Of a stretch of 64,000 nucleotides of DNA, positions 19,597 to 29,088 are shown in pieces (position 1 is the stretch's first letter; the number at the start of each line of letters is the position of its first letter). The notes under the pieces were generated by a model, which ran no database searches, was not told the origin of the DNA, and saw only the letters and a program-made list of their open reading frames with translations. Origin of the DNA: Verrucomicrobiota bacterium. Its GTDB lineage: Bacteria > Verrucomicrobiota > Verrucomicrobiia > Limisphaerales > AAA164-E04. Both the position numbers and the translations under genes were made by a program. Where the stretch lies: contig CP170459.1 of NCBI GenBank assembly GCA_047947115.1, positions 4,256,001-4,320,000 on the forward strand. The letters run 5' to 3'.

Positions 19597-20934
19597 TCAA
19601 TCATGTTCCCCTGACACGACGGGCCGATGCCGTGGGATCTGTGCCCTGAAATCTCCCAGCCATGGCCAGAGCAGGCGTTGATTTAGATCCACTTCCTGTA
19701 CGCAAACCGTGCCCCAATCCCTGGCCTGGGCCATGACGCTGCCGTCCTGACCATACACAGCCGAAATCATCCAGTTGCGGGAAACATCTTCGTAAGTGCT
19801 GCTGACAAGGTAGACATGATTTTCGCATGCTCGTGCCCGTGCCAGTTCCGGATTGCATCCCCACACCGGCCAGGCGATCACTTCGGCACCTCGATTGCTC
19901 AGTTCACGGGCGACTTCCGGAAAAAAACCGTCGTAACACACCATCATCCCCACTTTACCGAAACGGGTTTCAAAAACGGGATAATCGTTGCCGGGAGAGA
20001 TGCCTTTATCAAATTCGCCATCGGGCAAGCATACCTTCCGGTATTTCCCCGCCACCTTGCCATCGGGTCCGATCAACACCGCCACATTGAACAATTGATG
20101 CCGGTCACGCTCGACCAGTCCGGCAACGATGTAGAGATCATGTTTCTTTGCCAGTGTGCCGAAATAGCCCGTTGAAGGTCCGGGAATGCGTTCGGCACTA
20201 TCCACGAAACTGGCACCCGTCCCCGCATAGGTCAAGGTTTCCCCCAAGACCACCAAATCAGCCTGCTGTCGCGCAGCATCTTCGATGAAAGGCGCATATT
20301 GTTGACATGCTTCCATCGAGGTCTTTGCCCCCCTTGGGCGGTGATGAACCGCAGCAAATTTCACTTTTCTGGGTTCGGGTATTTCCACGGCCGTCAATGA
20401 GATATCGCTCCATTCGATCTTTCCTCCGGGAGCCCATAACAAATGCAATTCCAATTGCGCTCGCGCCGTACCGGGCGGTACATCATAAACACCCGTCATT
20501 TCAAACCAACCGTCCGTGCCGGGTTCCGATGCTTGAGGATACTCAGGCTCAGGTGTGGCAATCACCCCTGTGGAATATTTGCCCACCACATTCGCCGGAC
20601 GTGCGACTACTTTTCCTTCTTGATCCAGCCATTGAATGCGAGATATCACACTCCGTCGGGGCACAGAGATGTCGGTGGCACGACACCAAACTGAGAAGCG
20701 ATAAAAACCCGAATCCTTCACAGCCACACTCTTCTGCCACCAGCCATGCAGGCCCTCACGTGAATCAGCTTGAATGACAAGCGCCCCCTTCCCTGCTTTT
20801 CCTCCTTCCGGATCAAACTGAAACTGAGGACGAATTTCATCCCTCGGCGCAACCGTCGCCCACCCATCAGCGAAAGAGGCTAGAACGATCAAACAAGTAA
20901 CAACACACCCTAAAGCAATGACAAACGATTTCAT
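19597..20934 (-). CDS. Carbon-nitrogen hydrolase (nitrilase superfamily) with N-terminal CBM-like domain
   Basis: E (LGET), K (YRKV) and C (MVCYDGFFPE) triad; signal peptide; start placed at MKSFVI. Confidence 0.88.
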   Translation of the reverse strand: MKSFVIALGCVVTCLIVLASFADGWATVAPRDEIRPQFQFDPEGGKAGKGALVIQADSREGLHGWWQKSVAVKDSGFYRFSVWCRATDISVPRRSVISRIQWLDQEGKVVARPANVVGKYSTGVIATPEPEYPQASEPGTDGWFEMTGVYDVPPGTARAQLELHLLWAPGGKIEWSDISLTAVEIPEPRKVKFAAVHHRPRGAKTSMEACQQYAPFIEDAARQQADLVVLGETLTYAGTGASFVDSAERIPGPSTGYFGTLAKKHDLYIVAGLVERDRHQLFNVAVLIGPDGKVAGKYRKVCLPDGEFDKGISPGNDYPVFETRFGKVGMMVCYDGFFPEVARELSNRGAEVIAWPVWGCNPELARARACENHVYLVSSTYEDVSRNWMISAVYGQDGSVMAQARDWGTVCVQEVDLNQRLLWPWLGDFRAQIPRHRPVVSGEHD

Positions 20935-21024
20935 ATGAGGAAGGCCCAATCATGACAAAACCAAAGAAGAAATCAAGGTTCCCTATGGTCAAAGCCAGCA
21001 TCAGGCGTCATTCAATCATTGAAG

Positions 21025-21082
21025 AAAACCTCAGACCGCATGAAGACGCCGGCGGGCCACACTTTGGCAAGTGCGGCTACTT
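21025..21082 (-). repeat. Single GTAG-type REP; partial copy of the 26156 unit
   Basis: gggccacactttggcaagtgcggctac is identical to the copy at ~26227. Confidence 0.75.
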
Positions 21083-21129
21083 GGGAAGTCACTCTTGTCC
21101 TGGAAAAGGCTCTCAGCTAGCATCCATTC

Positions 21130-24100
21130 ATGAACCTCATGCGCATTGTCCTGATAGGCGGTTTGTGGGCTACACTGCAGATTCCGGTCTCAAAGGCTCA
21201 GGATTTCGAACTCGGAGTGGCACAAGTGGACGTGACACCTGATTACCCGGTTCGATTGAGTGGATTCGGTTTTCGTCGGGATGAATCAGAAGGCGTCACC
21301 CATCGCATCTGGGCAAAAGCATTGTCCATCAAAGATCCGGTGAACGGTCCTGCCGTAGTGATCACAGTGGACAACCTGGGGATCCCGTCAGAAATGACTC
21401 AGGAGGTTGCCCGCCGATTAAAGCAGAAGATCGCCCTCCCCCATCAGCGTCTCTCGATCACCGCAAGCCACACCCACACCGCTCCCATGCTTACCCAGGT
21501 GGCTCCCACGCTTTTTGGAACACCCATTCCGACCGAACATCAAATGAACATTGATCGTTACACGCGGGAATTAACAGATCAATTGGAGGCAGTCGCATTG
21601 TCAGCCTTTAAAAACCTTGAGCCAGGACGATTGGAATGGGCAACGGGACAGGTAGGTTTCGCAAAGAATCGACGAACGAACGGAGGTCCAGTGGATCACG
21701 ATCTCCCCATGATGGTAGTGCGTGGCGAAACCAATGACGTACGTGGAATCTGGTTCAGTTATGCTTGTCACTGCGTTACCCTGTCCAATAACAAAATATC
21801 CGGTGATTGGGCCGGTTCGGCACAGATCGAAATCCAGAAGCACCATCCCGAAGCAGTGATCATGGCTTCGATCGGTTGCGGCGCCGATCAGAATCCGGAC
21901 TCAGGCGTGACCGGCGATAAAGTGGAAATTGCCGATGAACAAGGAATCCAGATCGCACAAGAAATCGAACGTCTTCTGGAACAACCTCTCGCCCCCATTC
22001 AAGGTCCTCTCAACATCCAGCTTAAAGGCATTCCTTTGGCATTCGAAGAACCCCGCACACGACAGGAATGGGAAGAACGGGCCAAACAGGACAACGCCAT
22101 CGGCCATCATGCCCGTGTGAACCTTGCGCGACTGGATCGTGGCGAGTCGCTGCCGAACCACATTGATTATCCGATCCAATCATGGGTCTTTGGAAATGAC
22201 CTTGCGATGGTATTTTTACCGGGAGAAGTGGTGGTGGATTACTCACTGCGACTGAAGAAGGAGTTTGATCCTCGTCGACTATGGATCAATGCCTACTCCA
22301 ATGATGCCCCCTGTTACATTCCCAGCGAACGCATTCTTACAGAAGGCGGCTACGAAGGAGGCGGCGCCATGATTTACTATGATCAACCCAATCAATTCGC
22401 TCCCGGACTGGAGCAACAAATCATGGACGTGATTCATGAGCAAATCCCAGAATCATTCAAAATTCCCGAAGGCACAGACGGTAGCACCCCCCTTCCACCG
22501 GAAGCTTCCCTGCGGTCCATTAAAATGCGTCCGGGGCTGGATATCGATCTGGTCGCATCCGAACCCATGGTTGTGGATCCCGTCGCCATTGATTGGGACG
22601 TGCATGGACGCCTATGGGTAGTGGAAATGAATGATTACCCTCTTGGAATGAGTGGCGCTTACGAACCCGGAGGCAGGATCAAGATCCTTCAGGATACCAA
22701 TCAGGACGGACATTATGATGAAGCCACCCTTTTCATGGACGGCCTTGCATTCCCCACCGGAGTGACCACATGGGGCAATGGCGCCTTGATCTCGGCCGCT
22801 CCAGATCTGATCTACGCAGAAGACACAGATGGTGACGGCAAAGCGGACAAGAAAGAAGTCTGGTACACCGGCTTTGCCACCGTCAATTACCAGGCACGAA
22901 TCAACAGCATCTCACTCGGTCTGGACAACTGGCTCTATGGCGCGAACGGTTTGATTGGTGGGGACATTCTCCCTGTAGCCATGCGCAGGCGTTCCGATGC
23001 GCATCAAAATCCCATCTCCATACGTCGCCATGACTTCCGCTTTGATCCTTGGTCGGGAACCTTCGAAACGGTATCAGGACTTACCCAACAAGGACGTGTC
23101 CGTGACGATTTCGGCAACTGGTTTGGCTGCAGCAATGGAGCACTGATCTACCATTTCCCGGTCGACACTTCCATTTTGAATCGTATCCCTTATCTCATAC
23201 CGCCTCCGGCACATCAATTCACCTGGAAAAACCCCGATCCAAACCGTCTTTATCCCATCAGTGACCCTCTGGAACGCTTCAACGATCTCGACCATTTGAA
23301 TCGTGTCACTTCCGCTTGCGGACTTGGTTTGTATCGCGACAGCTTGTTGGGGGCCGAATTTGAGGGCAACGCTTTCACTTGCGAACCCGTTCACAATCTG
23401 GTTCGGCGGACCATACTGGAAAGAAACGGGAATACTTTCTCAGGACGCAGAGCCGATGACGAACAGGATTCTGAATTCCTTGCATCAACGGATCAATGGT
23501 TTCGCCCCTCTCAAGTGCGGACGGGACCGGATGGAGCCTTATGGATAGTGGATATGTATCGTTTCCTGATGGAACATCCAATCTGGATTCGCCCCGACCG
23601 CCTGGCAAAACTCGATCCACGAGCCGGGGATTCAATGGGACGCATCTATCGAGTCTATCCAACCGGAAAGAGGCCGAAATCATTTCAAGGTCTTGCTTCC
23701 ACGAACATAACCCAATCTACAAAGACCGTCCAACTCAGCGTCGCAAATCTGACCCAAGCCATACAGAGTCCTAACGGAACCATCCGCGATTTGGCACATC
23801 AACATTTGATCTTACGCAAGGACCTTGATGCCGTTCCTGCATTGAAAAGTTCCGCGACGGATGATCCAGATCCGGCAGTCCGAGTTCAGAGCCTCTGCAC
23901 ATTGGATGGACTGCATGCGTTAACATCCGAACTGATCCAAAACGCTCTGAAAGACGCGCACCCCGGAGTGAGAGCATATGCAGCCCGATTGACGGAATCA
24001 CACCTGGGTGACAACGACGAACTCATCCCATTGCTTCTCTCACTGCTTGACGATCCGGACGTGCAAGTAAGAACCCGCGCCGTAACCGCACTATATGGGA

Positions 24101-26109
24101 TTCGGACAAAAGGCCTGAACACATCGACCGGCAGGGAAGCAGGCAAGGCCATAGGACGTTTTTTGCAAAAAAACTTAACAGATCCATATGCAACAAACGC
24201 AGCATGGAACTCCGCCATTCCTTTTCTTGATCTAATCGGACAGGTTCTATTGACATCAAGTGAAGAGGAAGTGGAATTACATGCCCTGCTACCAACGTTC
24301 ATTCAAACAGCTGACCACATGAAGAATAAGGATGTCATGTTTCAGATCGCATGGCATATCTGCAATGATGTCAATGAAGGGCAGATAACCTACAAGACAA
24401 TCTCCAGACTTGCGACTTACGGCAAAAATGCCAGCACCTGGAACCTCAAATACTGGGTGGACACCCGATACCCGGACTTTATCAAAACAGACATTTGCCT
24501 TGGTTTTCTGGAAATCCTGAAAAAAGCCAGGGAGTATGTCGTTGACGACAAGGTTCCGGTTAAAACTCGGGAAGAATGCGTTACTTTGCTGGGGTGGGAT
24601 CCCAGCAAACACCTCATTGATTTGGAGATTTTGATATCTTTGCTGGACAAAACCGACAACGAATCCATTCACGCGGAAGTCTACAAAGCATTCTCACGCT
24701 TTGACACTGATAACCTTCCTCGGAAGTTATTGAGCCGATGGAACCAGTCCAGCCCCAAAATCCGAAGATCCATGATTCAGGTCATGTTGCAACGAGCCAA
24801 CTGGACGCACGCCTTGCTGACTCATGCCGCGGAAACGCCTGGGGTCTGGCAGGAAATCCCGTCCACGCGCCGAAACGCACTTCTCCGTCATGTAGATTCC
24901 AGCATCCGTGACTTGGCCGCCGATTTGGAAAAAGAAGGATCTCATTCAGAACGGAGCATCGTTGTGTCGCAATTCGAACCTGCGGCCAAACTCGTCGGGA
25001 ATCCAGATCAAGGCAAGGAATGGTTTTCGCAACGATGTTCCACTTGCCATATGCTGGAGGGTATTGGAAAACCGGTCGGTCCGGATTTATTGGAATTGAC
25101 CGACAAATCTCCCGAGTCTCTCATGATTTCCATCATCGATCCCAATCGAGCTGTGTTGGATCAATACACCGTCTACGAGATCGAAACACAGGATGGGCGT
25201 TCTCTTTCGGGAGCCATCTCAGAGGAATCCAAAGCCGGAATCAGTTATAAAAACGCCAACGGAGACCTCGAGACCATCGCTCAAGACGTCATTCAATCCA
25301 TACGTGCCACAGGACTGTCCCTGATGCCTGAAGGACTCGAAGCAGGCATGAAACACCAGGACATGGCGGATTTGACCGCCTTCATCGCTCAAGCAAAATC
25401 CAGCAAGGAACCACCCCCACGCGATCCCGGGGTCATTGCCAAATATCTCTTAAACGACGAGATACCTCACAAGGAGCGTGAAGCAGCAACCAAAGTTCAT
25501 TACATGCTGGCAGTAGAGCTTGTTCGTGAAATGGTCCGCGACCTGCCAGTCGGCACACCTGAGGAATATAGAAGAATCCCCTGGATCTGGCGTTTATCCG
25601 TTCTGACCGGAAATGGCAATGACACCGATCGCATCCGACGCATGCTCGACCTCGCCCTTCCCCAGCCGAATCAACCTTTACACGATTGGCAAGCGGTCAT
25701 CATCGGCGGCGGCCTGATTAATGGCCTATCACAAAAGGATATTTGGACGAAACAACACCTGGAAAGTTTGACCGAAGGAGATCCTGATCTCGAAAACCGA
25801 TACAAACATGCCCTCATCCTCGCAGTCAACATGGCCGACAACGAAATGGTCCCATCCGGCACCCGCTACGATGCGCTGCGGATGGTAGCCATGCTCGAGC
25901 CATCGGATGCCATTCCACATCTTCAACGTCACTTAAATGCAGAAACTGAACAAGAACTTCAAATGGGGGCCATCAGTGGTTTAGCTGATATCAGACATCC
26001 TGAGGCTCTTAATGTCCTGAACACTTCGACACCAAACCTAAGCGAACCTAACCGCACCCTGGCGAGTAAAGGTATTGAAAAATTAAAGCAGCTCTTTGAC
26101 ATGAAATAA
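21130..26109 (+). CDS. Fusion of neutral/alkaline ceramidase-like domain and PVC-type heme-binding (CxxCH) dehydrogenase-like protein
   Basis: ASHTHTAP, YACHC, PGEVVVDY; then LVASEP...DPVAIDWD, GPDGALWIVD, HEAT repeats, CSTCH, SLMPEGLE. Confidence 0.85.
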   Translation: MNLMRIVLIGGLWATLQIPVSKAQDFELGVAQVDVTPDYPVRLSGFGFRRDESEGVTHRIWAKALSIKDPVNGPAVVITVDNLGIPSEMTQEVARRLKQKIALPHQRLSITASHTHTAPMLTQVAPTLFGTPIPTEHQMNIDRYTRELTDQLEAVALSAFKNLEPGRLEWATGQVGFAKNRRTNGGPVDHDLPMMVVRGETNDVRGIWFSYACHCVTLSNNKISGDWAGSAQIEIQKHHPEAVIMASIGCGADQNPDSGVTGDKVEIADEQGIQIAQEIERLLEQPLAPIQGPLNIQLKGIPLAFEEPRTRQEWEERAKQDNAIGHHARVNLARLDRGESLPNHIDYPIQSWVFGNDLAMVFLPGEVVVDYSLRLKKEFDPRRLWINAYSNDAPCYIPSERILTEGGYEGGGAMIYYDQPNQFAPGLEQQIMDVIHEQIPESFKIPEGTDGSTPLPPEASLRSIKMRPGLDIDLVASEPMVVDPVAIDWDVHGRLWVVEMNDYPLGMSGAYEPGGRIKILQDTNQDGHYDEATLFMDGLAFPTGVTTWGNGALISAAPDLIYAEDTDGDGKADKKEVWYTGFATVNYQARINSISLGLDNWLYGANGLIGGDILPVAMRRRSDAHQNPISIRRHDFRFDPWSGTFETVSGLTQQGRVRDDFGNWFGCSNGALIYHFPVDTSILNRIPYLIPPPAHQFTWKNPDPNRLYPISDPLERFNDLDHLNRVTSACGLGLYRDSLLGAEFEGNAFTCEPVHNLVRRTILERNGNTFSGRRADDEQDSEFLASTDQWFRPSQVRTGPDGALWIVDMYRFLMEHPIWIRPDRLAKLDPRAGDSMGRIYRVYPTGKRPKSFQGLASTNITQSTKTVQLSVANLTQAIQSPNGTIRDLAHQHLILRKDLDAVPALKSSATDDPDPAVRVQSLCTLDGLHALTSELIQNALKDAHPGVRAYAARLTESHLGDNDELIPLLLSLLDDPDVQVRTRAVTALYGIRTKGLNTSTGREAGKAIGRFLQKNLTDPYATNAAWNSAIPFLDLIGQVLLTSSEEEVELHALLPTFIQTADHMKNKDVMFQIAWHICNDVNEGQITYKTISRLATYGKNASTWNLKYWVDTRYPDFIKTDICLGFLEILKKAREYVVDDKVPVKTREECVTLLGWDPSKHLIDLEILISLLDKTDNESIHAEVYKAFSRFDTDNLPRKLLSRWNQSSPKIRRSMIQVMLQRANWTHALLTHAAETPGVWQEIPSTRRNALLRHVDSSIRDLAADLEKEGSHSERSIVVSQFEPAAKLVGNPDQGKEWFSQRCSTCHMLEGIGKPVGPDLLELTDKSPESLMISIIDPNRAVLDQYTVYEIETQDGRSLSGAISEESKAGISYKNANGDLETIAQDVIQSIRATGLSLMPEGLEAGMKHQDMADLTAFIAQAKSSKEPPPRDPGVIAKYLLNDEIPHKEREAATKVHYMLAVELVREMVRDLPVGTPEEYRRIPWIWRLSVLTGNGNDTDRIRRMLDLALPQPNQPLHDWQAVIIGGGLINGLSQKDIWTKQHLESLTEGDPDLENRYKHALILAVNMADNEMVPSGTRYDALRMVAMLEPSDAIPHLQRHLNAETEQELQMGAISGLADIRHPEALNVLNTSTPNLSEPNRTLASKGIEKLKQLFDMK

Positions 26110-26155
26110 TGAATATTCTTCCACGGATACATCACATTAAATCCATCCAGAACCG

Positions 26156-26423
26156 CCTGTTCTTCTCGCAGATCCTTCGACAGTAGTGGAAGTCTAAAAA
26201 AACTCAGGCATATGCATACGCCAGCGGGCCACACTTTGGCAAGTGCGGCTACTTATCTCTCCTTCAGAACCCCGTCCATCCTGTTCTTCTCGCAGATCCT
26301 TCGACAGTAGTGGAAGTCTAAAAAAACTCAGGCATATGCATACGCCAGCGAGCCACACTTTGGCAAGTGCGGCTACTTATCTCTCCTTCAGAACCCCGTC
26401 CATCCTGTTCTTCTCGCAGATCC
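26156..26423. repeat. Tandem 124-bp REP-containing repeat (two full copies plus a partial third)
   Basis: cctgttcttctcgcagatcc at 26156, 26280 and 26404; each full copy contains ccacactttggcaagtgcggctac. Confidence 0.9.
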
Positions 26424-26498
26424 CACGACTGCGGTGGCTGTCAAAAAAGTAAAGATCCCAAGCTTGATTCCCTGGCCATTCTCAACATTATCACCACC

Positions 26499-26930
26499 AT
26501 GCTGACACCATTTCACCTGGCCATTCAGGTAAGGAACATCGTGGAAGCCCGGGAATTTTATGGAACCAAACTCGGGCTCTCTGAAGGACGTAGCGCGGAC
26601 ACTTGGATTGACTGGAACATGTTCGGACATCAGGTCGTCACACACCTGAACCCGAATCTGGGTCCCACCGGGCGTGTCCCAAGCCACTGCAATCCCGTCG
26701 ACAAACACGCCGTTCCGGTGCCGCACTTTGGGGTGGTCTTGACGATCGATGATTGGGAAAGGCTGGCTGAGCGAGCTCGAACTTTTGTGGATCATTTCAT
26801 CATCGAACCTTACGTGCGATTCAAAGGGCAAACTGGGGAACAGTGCACCATGTTTTTCGAAGATCCATCAGGAAACGCTCTCGAATTCAAAGCATTCGCC
26901 GATATCAAATCACAGCTCTTTGCCAAGTAA
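26499..26930 (+). CDS. VOC/glyoxalase family protein
   Basis: MLTPFHLA, FYG, GHQVVTH, VPVPHFGVVL, DPSGNALEFKAF; start placed at ATG 26499. Confidence 0.88.
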   Translation: MLTPFHLAIQVRNIVEAREFYGTKLGLSEGRSADTWIDWNMFGHQVVTHLNPNLGPTGRVPSHCNPVDKHAVPVPHFGVVLTIDDWERLAERARTFVDHFIIEPYVRFKGQTGEQCTMFFEDPSGNALEFKAFADIKSQLFAK

Positions 26931-26934
26931 TTCC

Positions 26935-27327
26935 ATGAGTAAAAAGAAACGCATTGATACAGGCGGAGGCCAATCCCTTTCACAAAACCCTTTCGGAGCA
27001 TTGGACAATCTGGATCTGCCTTCAGGCCCCACCGATCCGATCCTCCCTTCAACTGAAAGCAAACGGAGCAAGCCAAACAAGAACCGCGGACGCGTGGACA
27101 TCATCCGTCAAAAAGCACATCGCGGCGGTAAAACAGTGACCGTCATCACTGCTTTCAAAGGTATCGGACTTCCCGAAAAGGAAGCGCTCGCCAAGAAGAT
27201 GCAAACTTCATGCGGCACTGGCGGAACAGTGAAAAACGGCAACATCGAAATCCAGGGCGATCAGAGAGAAAAAGTAGCCACCATCCTGGAAGAAGCCGGC
27301 TTCCGCCCCGTCTTCGCCGGAGGATGA
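26935..27327 (+). CDS. yciH: Translation initiation factor SUI1/YciH family
   Basis: RGGKTVTVI, CGTGGTVK, IEIQGD; start placed at ATG 26935. Confidence 0.88.
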   Translation: MSKKKRIDTGGGQSLSQNPFGALDNLDLPSGPTDPILPSTESKRSKPNKNRGRVDIIRQKAHRGGKTVTVITAFKGIGLPEKEALAKKMQTSCGTGGTVKNGNIEIQGDQREKVATILEEAGFRPVFAGG

Positions 27328-27377
27328 CATCCACCATTCGGCAAAACAGGTAAAACTTACAATCCCTGGCGCGCGCA

Positions 27378-27539
27378 GGTAGAATCCCGCGACTGCGTGG
27401 ATCCCTGGCGCGTGGCCTTGTGGCTCCCATGAACTGATCTGCCGGTCATTTTGCGAAGCCTTTGATATCCGATCTCCCCACATCCGCCTAGCTGTCGCTA
27501 GCGGGCGGACCGAGATCCCGATGATATCGGGAATCTACC
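27378..27539. repeat. Degenerate REPIN-like element with nested ATCCCG...CGGGA palindromes
   Basis: ggtag...ctacc ends; gaatcccgcgactgcg and atcccgatgatatcggga inside. Confidence 0.45.
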
Positions 27540-27554
27540 TTTAAAGCACGTTAT

Positions 27555-28931
27555 TCAATCCACTCGATAAAGATGATGACGCGTCCGTAAAAACAGCGAC
27601 TTGCCAACCACTGCCGGTGAAGCCATAAACCCGGGACCGCGGCGAGGGTCATCATTCGGCGCATCCTGAGCCAGTTCATTCGTCGCCACAATGTTCAGCG
27701 TGCGGCCTGGTTTGATGATGGTTGTGATTCCTTCCAGACTGAAGAAGTAAAGGTTACCATCCACATAAATCGGAGAGGCGCGGAATTTACCCCCCACCCG
27801 CTCTTTCCAAATCGTCTCGCCCTTAGCAGCATCGACGCAGGCAAGGAAGCTGTCATCCAAAGCCATGTATAGCAGGTCATCTACCAAAATAGGTGAAGCA
27901 TATTTCGGGAACAAATTTCCCACCTGCCAATTCATATGCGTTTGGTTCACGACACCCTTTCCGCCTGTTTTGACCGAACACATTTCAGCCCCCCGGCTGA
28001 ACCCTGTCACAAAAATGGCGTTATCCTTGTACAGCAGCGGGCGAGGTGCGGGCGAATACGCTTGATGATCCAGACGCCAAAGTTCCAATCCGGTCGAGGG
28101 ATCATATCCATAGGCCGCTTTGGCACCCACGCTGAGCATGATCGGTTTCCCCTGCACTTCCACCACTAGTGGAGTGCTGTGACCTTTACGCCAATCACCA
28201 TCCTTGACCATCTGGTTTTCAATATGTTCATCATTCCAAATCGCGGAACGATCCGTTTTCCAAACTGTTGCACCCGTATTTTTATTCAAGGCGGCATGGT
28301 ATTGATGATCGGCGCCGTCGAATGTCAGGATCAGTAAATCCTTGAATAAAACGGGCGATGAAGAAGCTCCCCGATAGTGCCAGCATGGCAAATCATCCCG
28401 TTTCCAAATCACTTCAAACGACTCCGCATCCAAACAGGCGGTTCCGAAACTTCCAAAGTGAACATAAGCACGCCCCTTCTCGACCACAGCGGAACAAGTG
28501 GCGTAACTATTATCCTTACTCCCATTCCCAAGGGATTGCGGATTGTCGCTCTGAAAAACCTTTTTGTTGGCCAGTATCTCCCCAGTCTCGGCATCGACAC
28601 AAATCACCCAGAAATCATGCCCATCCTCGGTGGCAGTGGTCAGCCAGACTCGCCCATCCATCACCACCGGTGAAGAAAGTCCCAGATGTGGAATCTCAGT
28701 CTTCCATCGGACATTTTCAGTTTCGCTCCAGTGTGTTGGCACCCCGTAGATCTTGTTGTCACCTTTTTCAGCCGCATAACCATCCCCCCATGGCCCCCGA
28801 AAATCCGGCCAGTTGTCTGCTGCTCGGCCTGTCGTTTTGGCAAACATCAAAAGAGTCATGGCACAACAGATGAAAAAACAAACACCTTTGGGAGGATGCA
28901 AGTTCGAACGTTTGAAGAAGAGGTTTTGCAT
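27555..28931 (-). CDS. PQQ-like beta-propeller (BamB-type) repeat protein
   Basis: DNWPDFRGP, RWKTEIP..GLSSPVV, repeated SSP/ASP blades; start uncertain (ORF extends to 29090). Confidence 0.85.
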   Translation of the reverse strand: MQNLFFKRSNLHPPKGVCFFICCAMTLLMFAKTTGRAADNWPDFRGPWGDGYAAEKGDNKIYGVPTHWSETENVRWKTEIPHLGLSSPVVMDGRVWLTTATEDGHDFWVICVDAETGEILANKKVFQSDNPQSLGNGSKDNSYATCSAVVEKGRAYVHFGSFGTACLDAESFEVIWKRDDLPCWHYRGASSSPVLFKDLLILTFDGADHQYHAALNKNTGATVWKTDRSAIWNDEHIENQMVKDGDWRKGHSTPLVVEVQGKPIMLSVGAKAAYGYDPSTGLELWRLDHQAYSPAPRPLLYKDNAIFVTGFSRGAEMCSVKTGGKGVVNQTHMNWQVGNLFPKYASPILVDDLLYMALDDSFLACVDAAKGETIWKERVGGKFRASPIYVDGNLYFFSLEGITTIIKPGRTLNIVATNELAQDAPNDDPRRGPGFMASPAVVGKSLFLRTRHHLYRVD

Positions 28932-29088
28932 GACAAAACCCTGACCGGATCCCGGAAAACTGTCAATCTCGGTTTCCTTGAACCAATGACAAATCACGCC
29001 AGGCGGAAACAGTGTCCTTATTAAAGCACGCACCATCCTGTGCGAAATGCCATTGAATTTCTTGTCGTTTTGACCATAGTGGTGGTTC

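Noticed and set aside
26243..26498. Duplicated MRLLISPSEP ORF starts and N-terminal extension of the VOC gene
   Set aside because: They arise from the 124-bp repeat; the family-like sequence starts at ATG 26499
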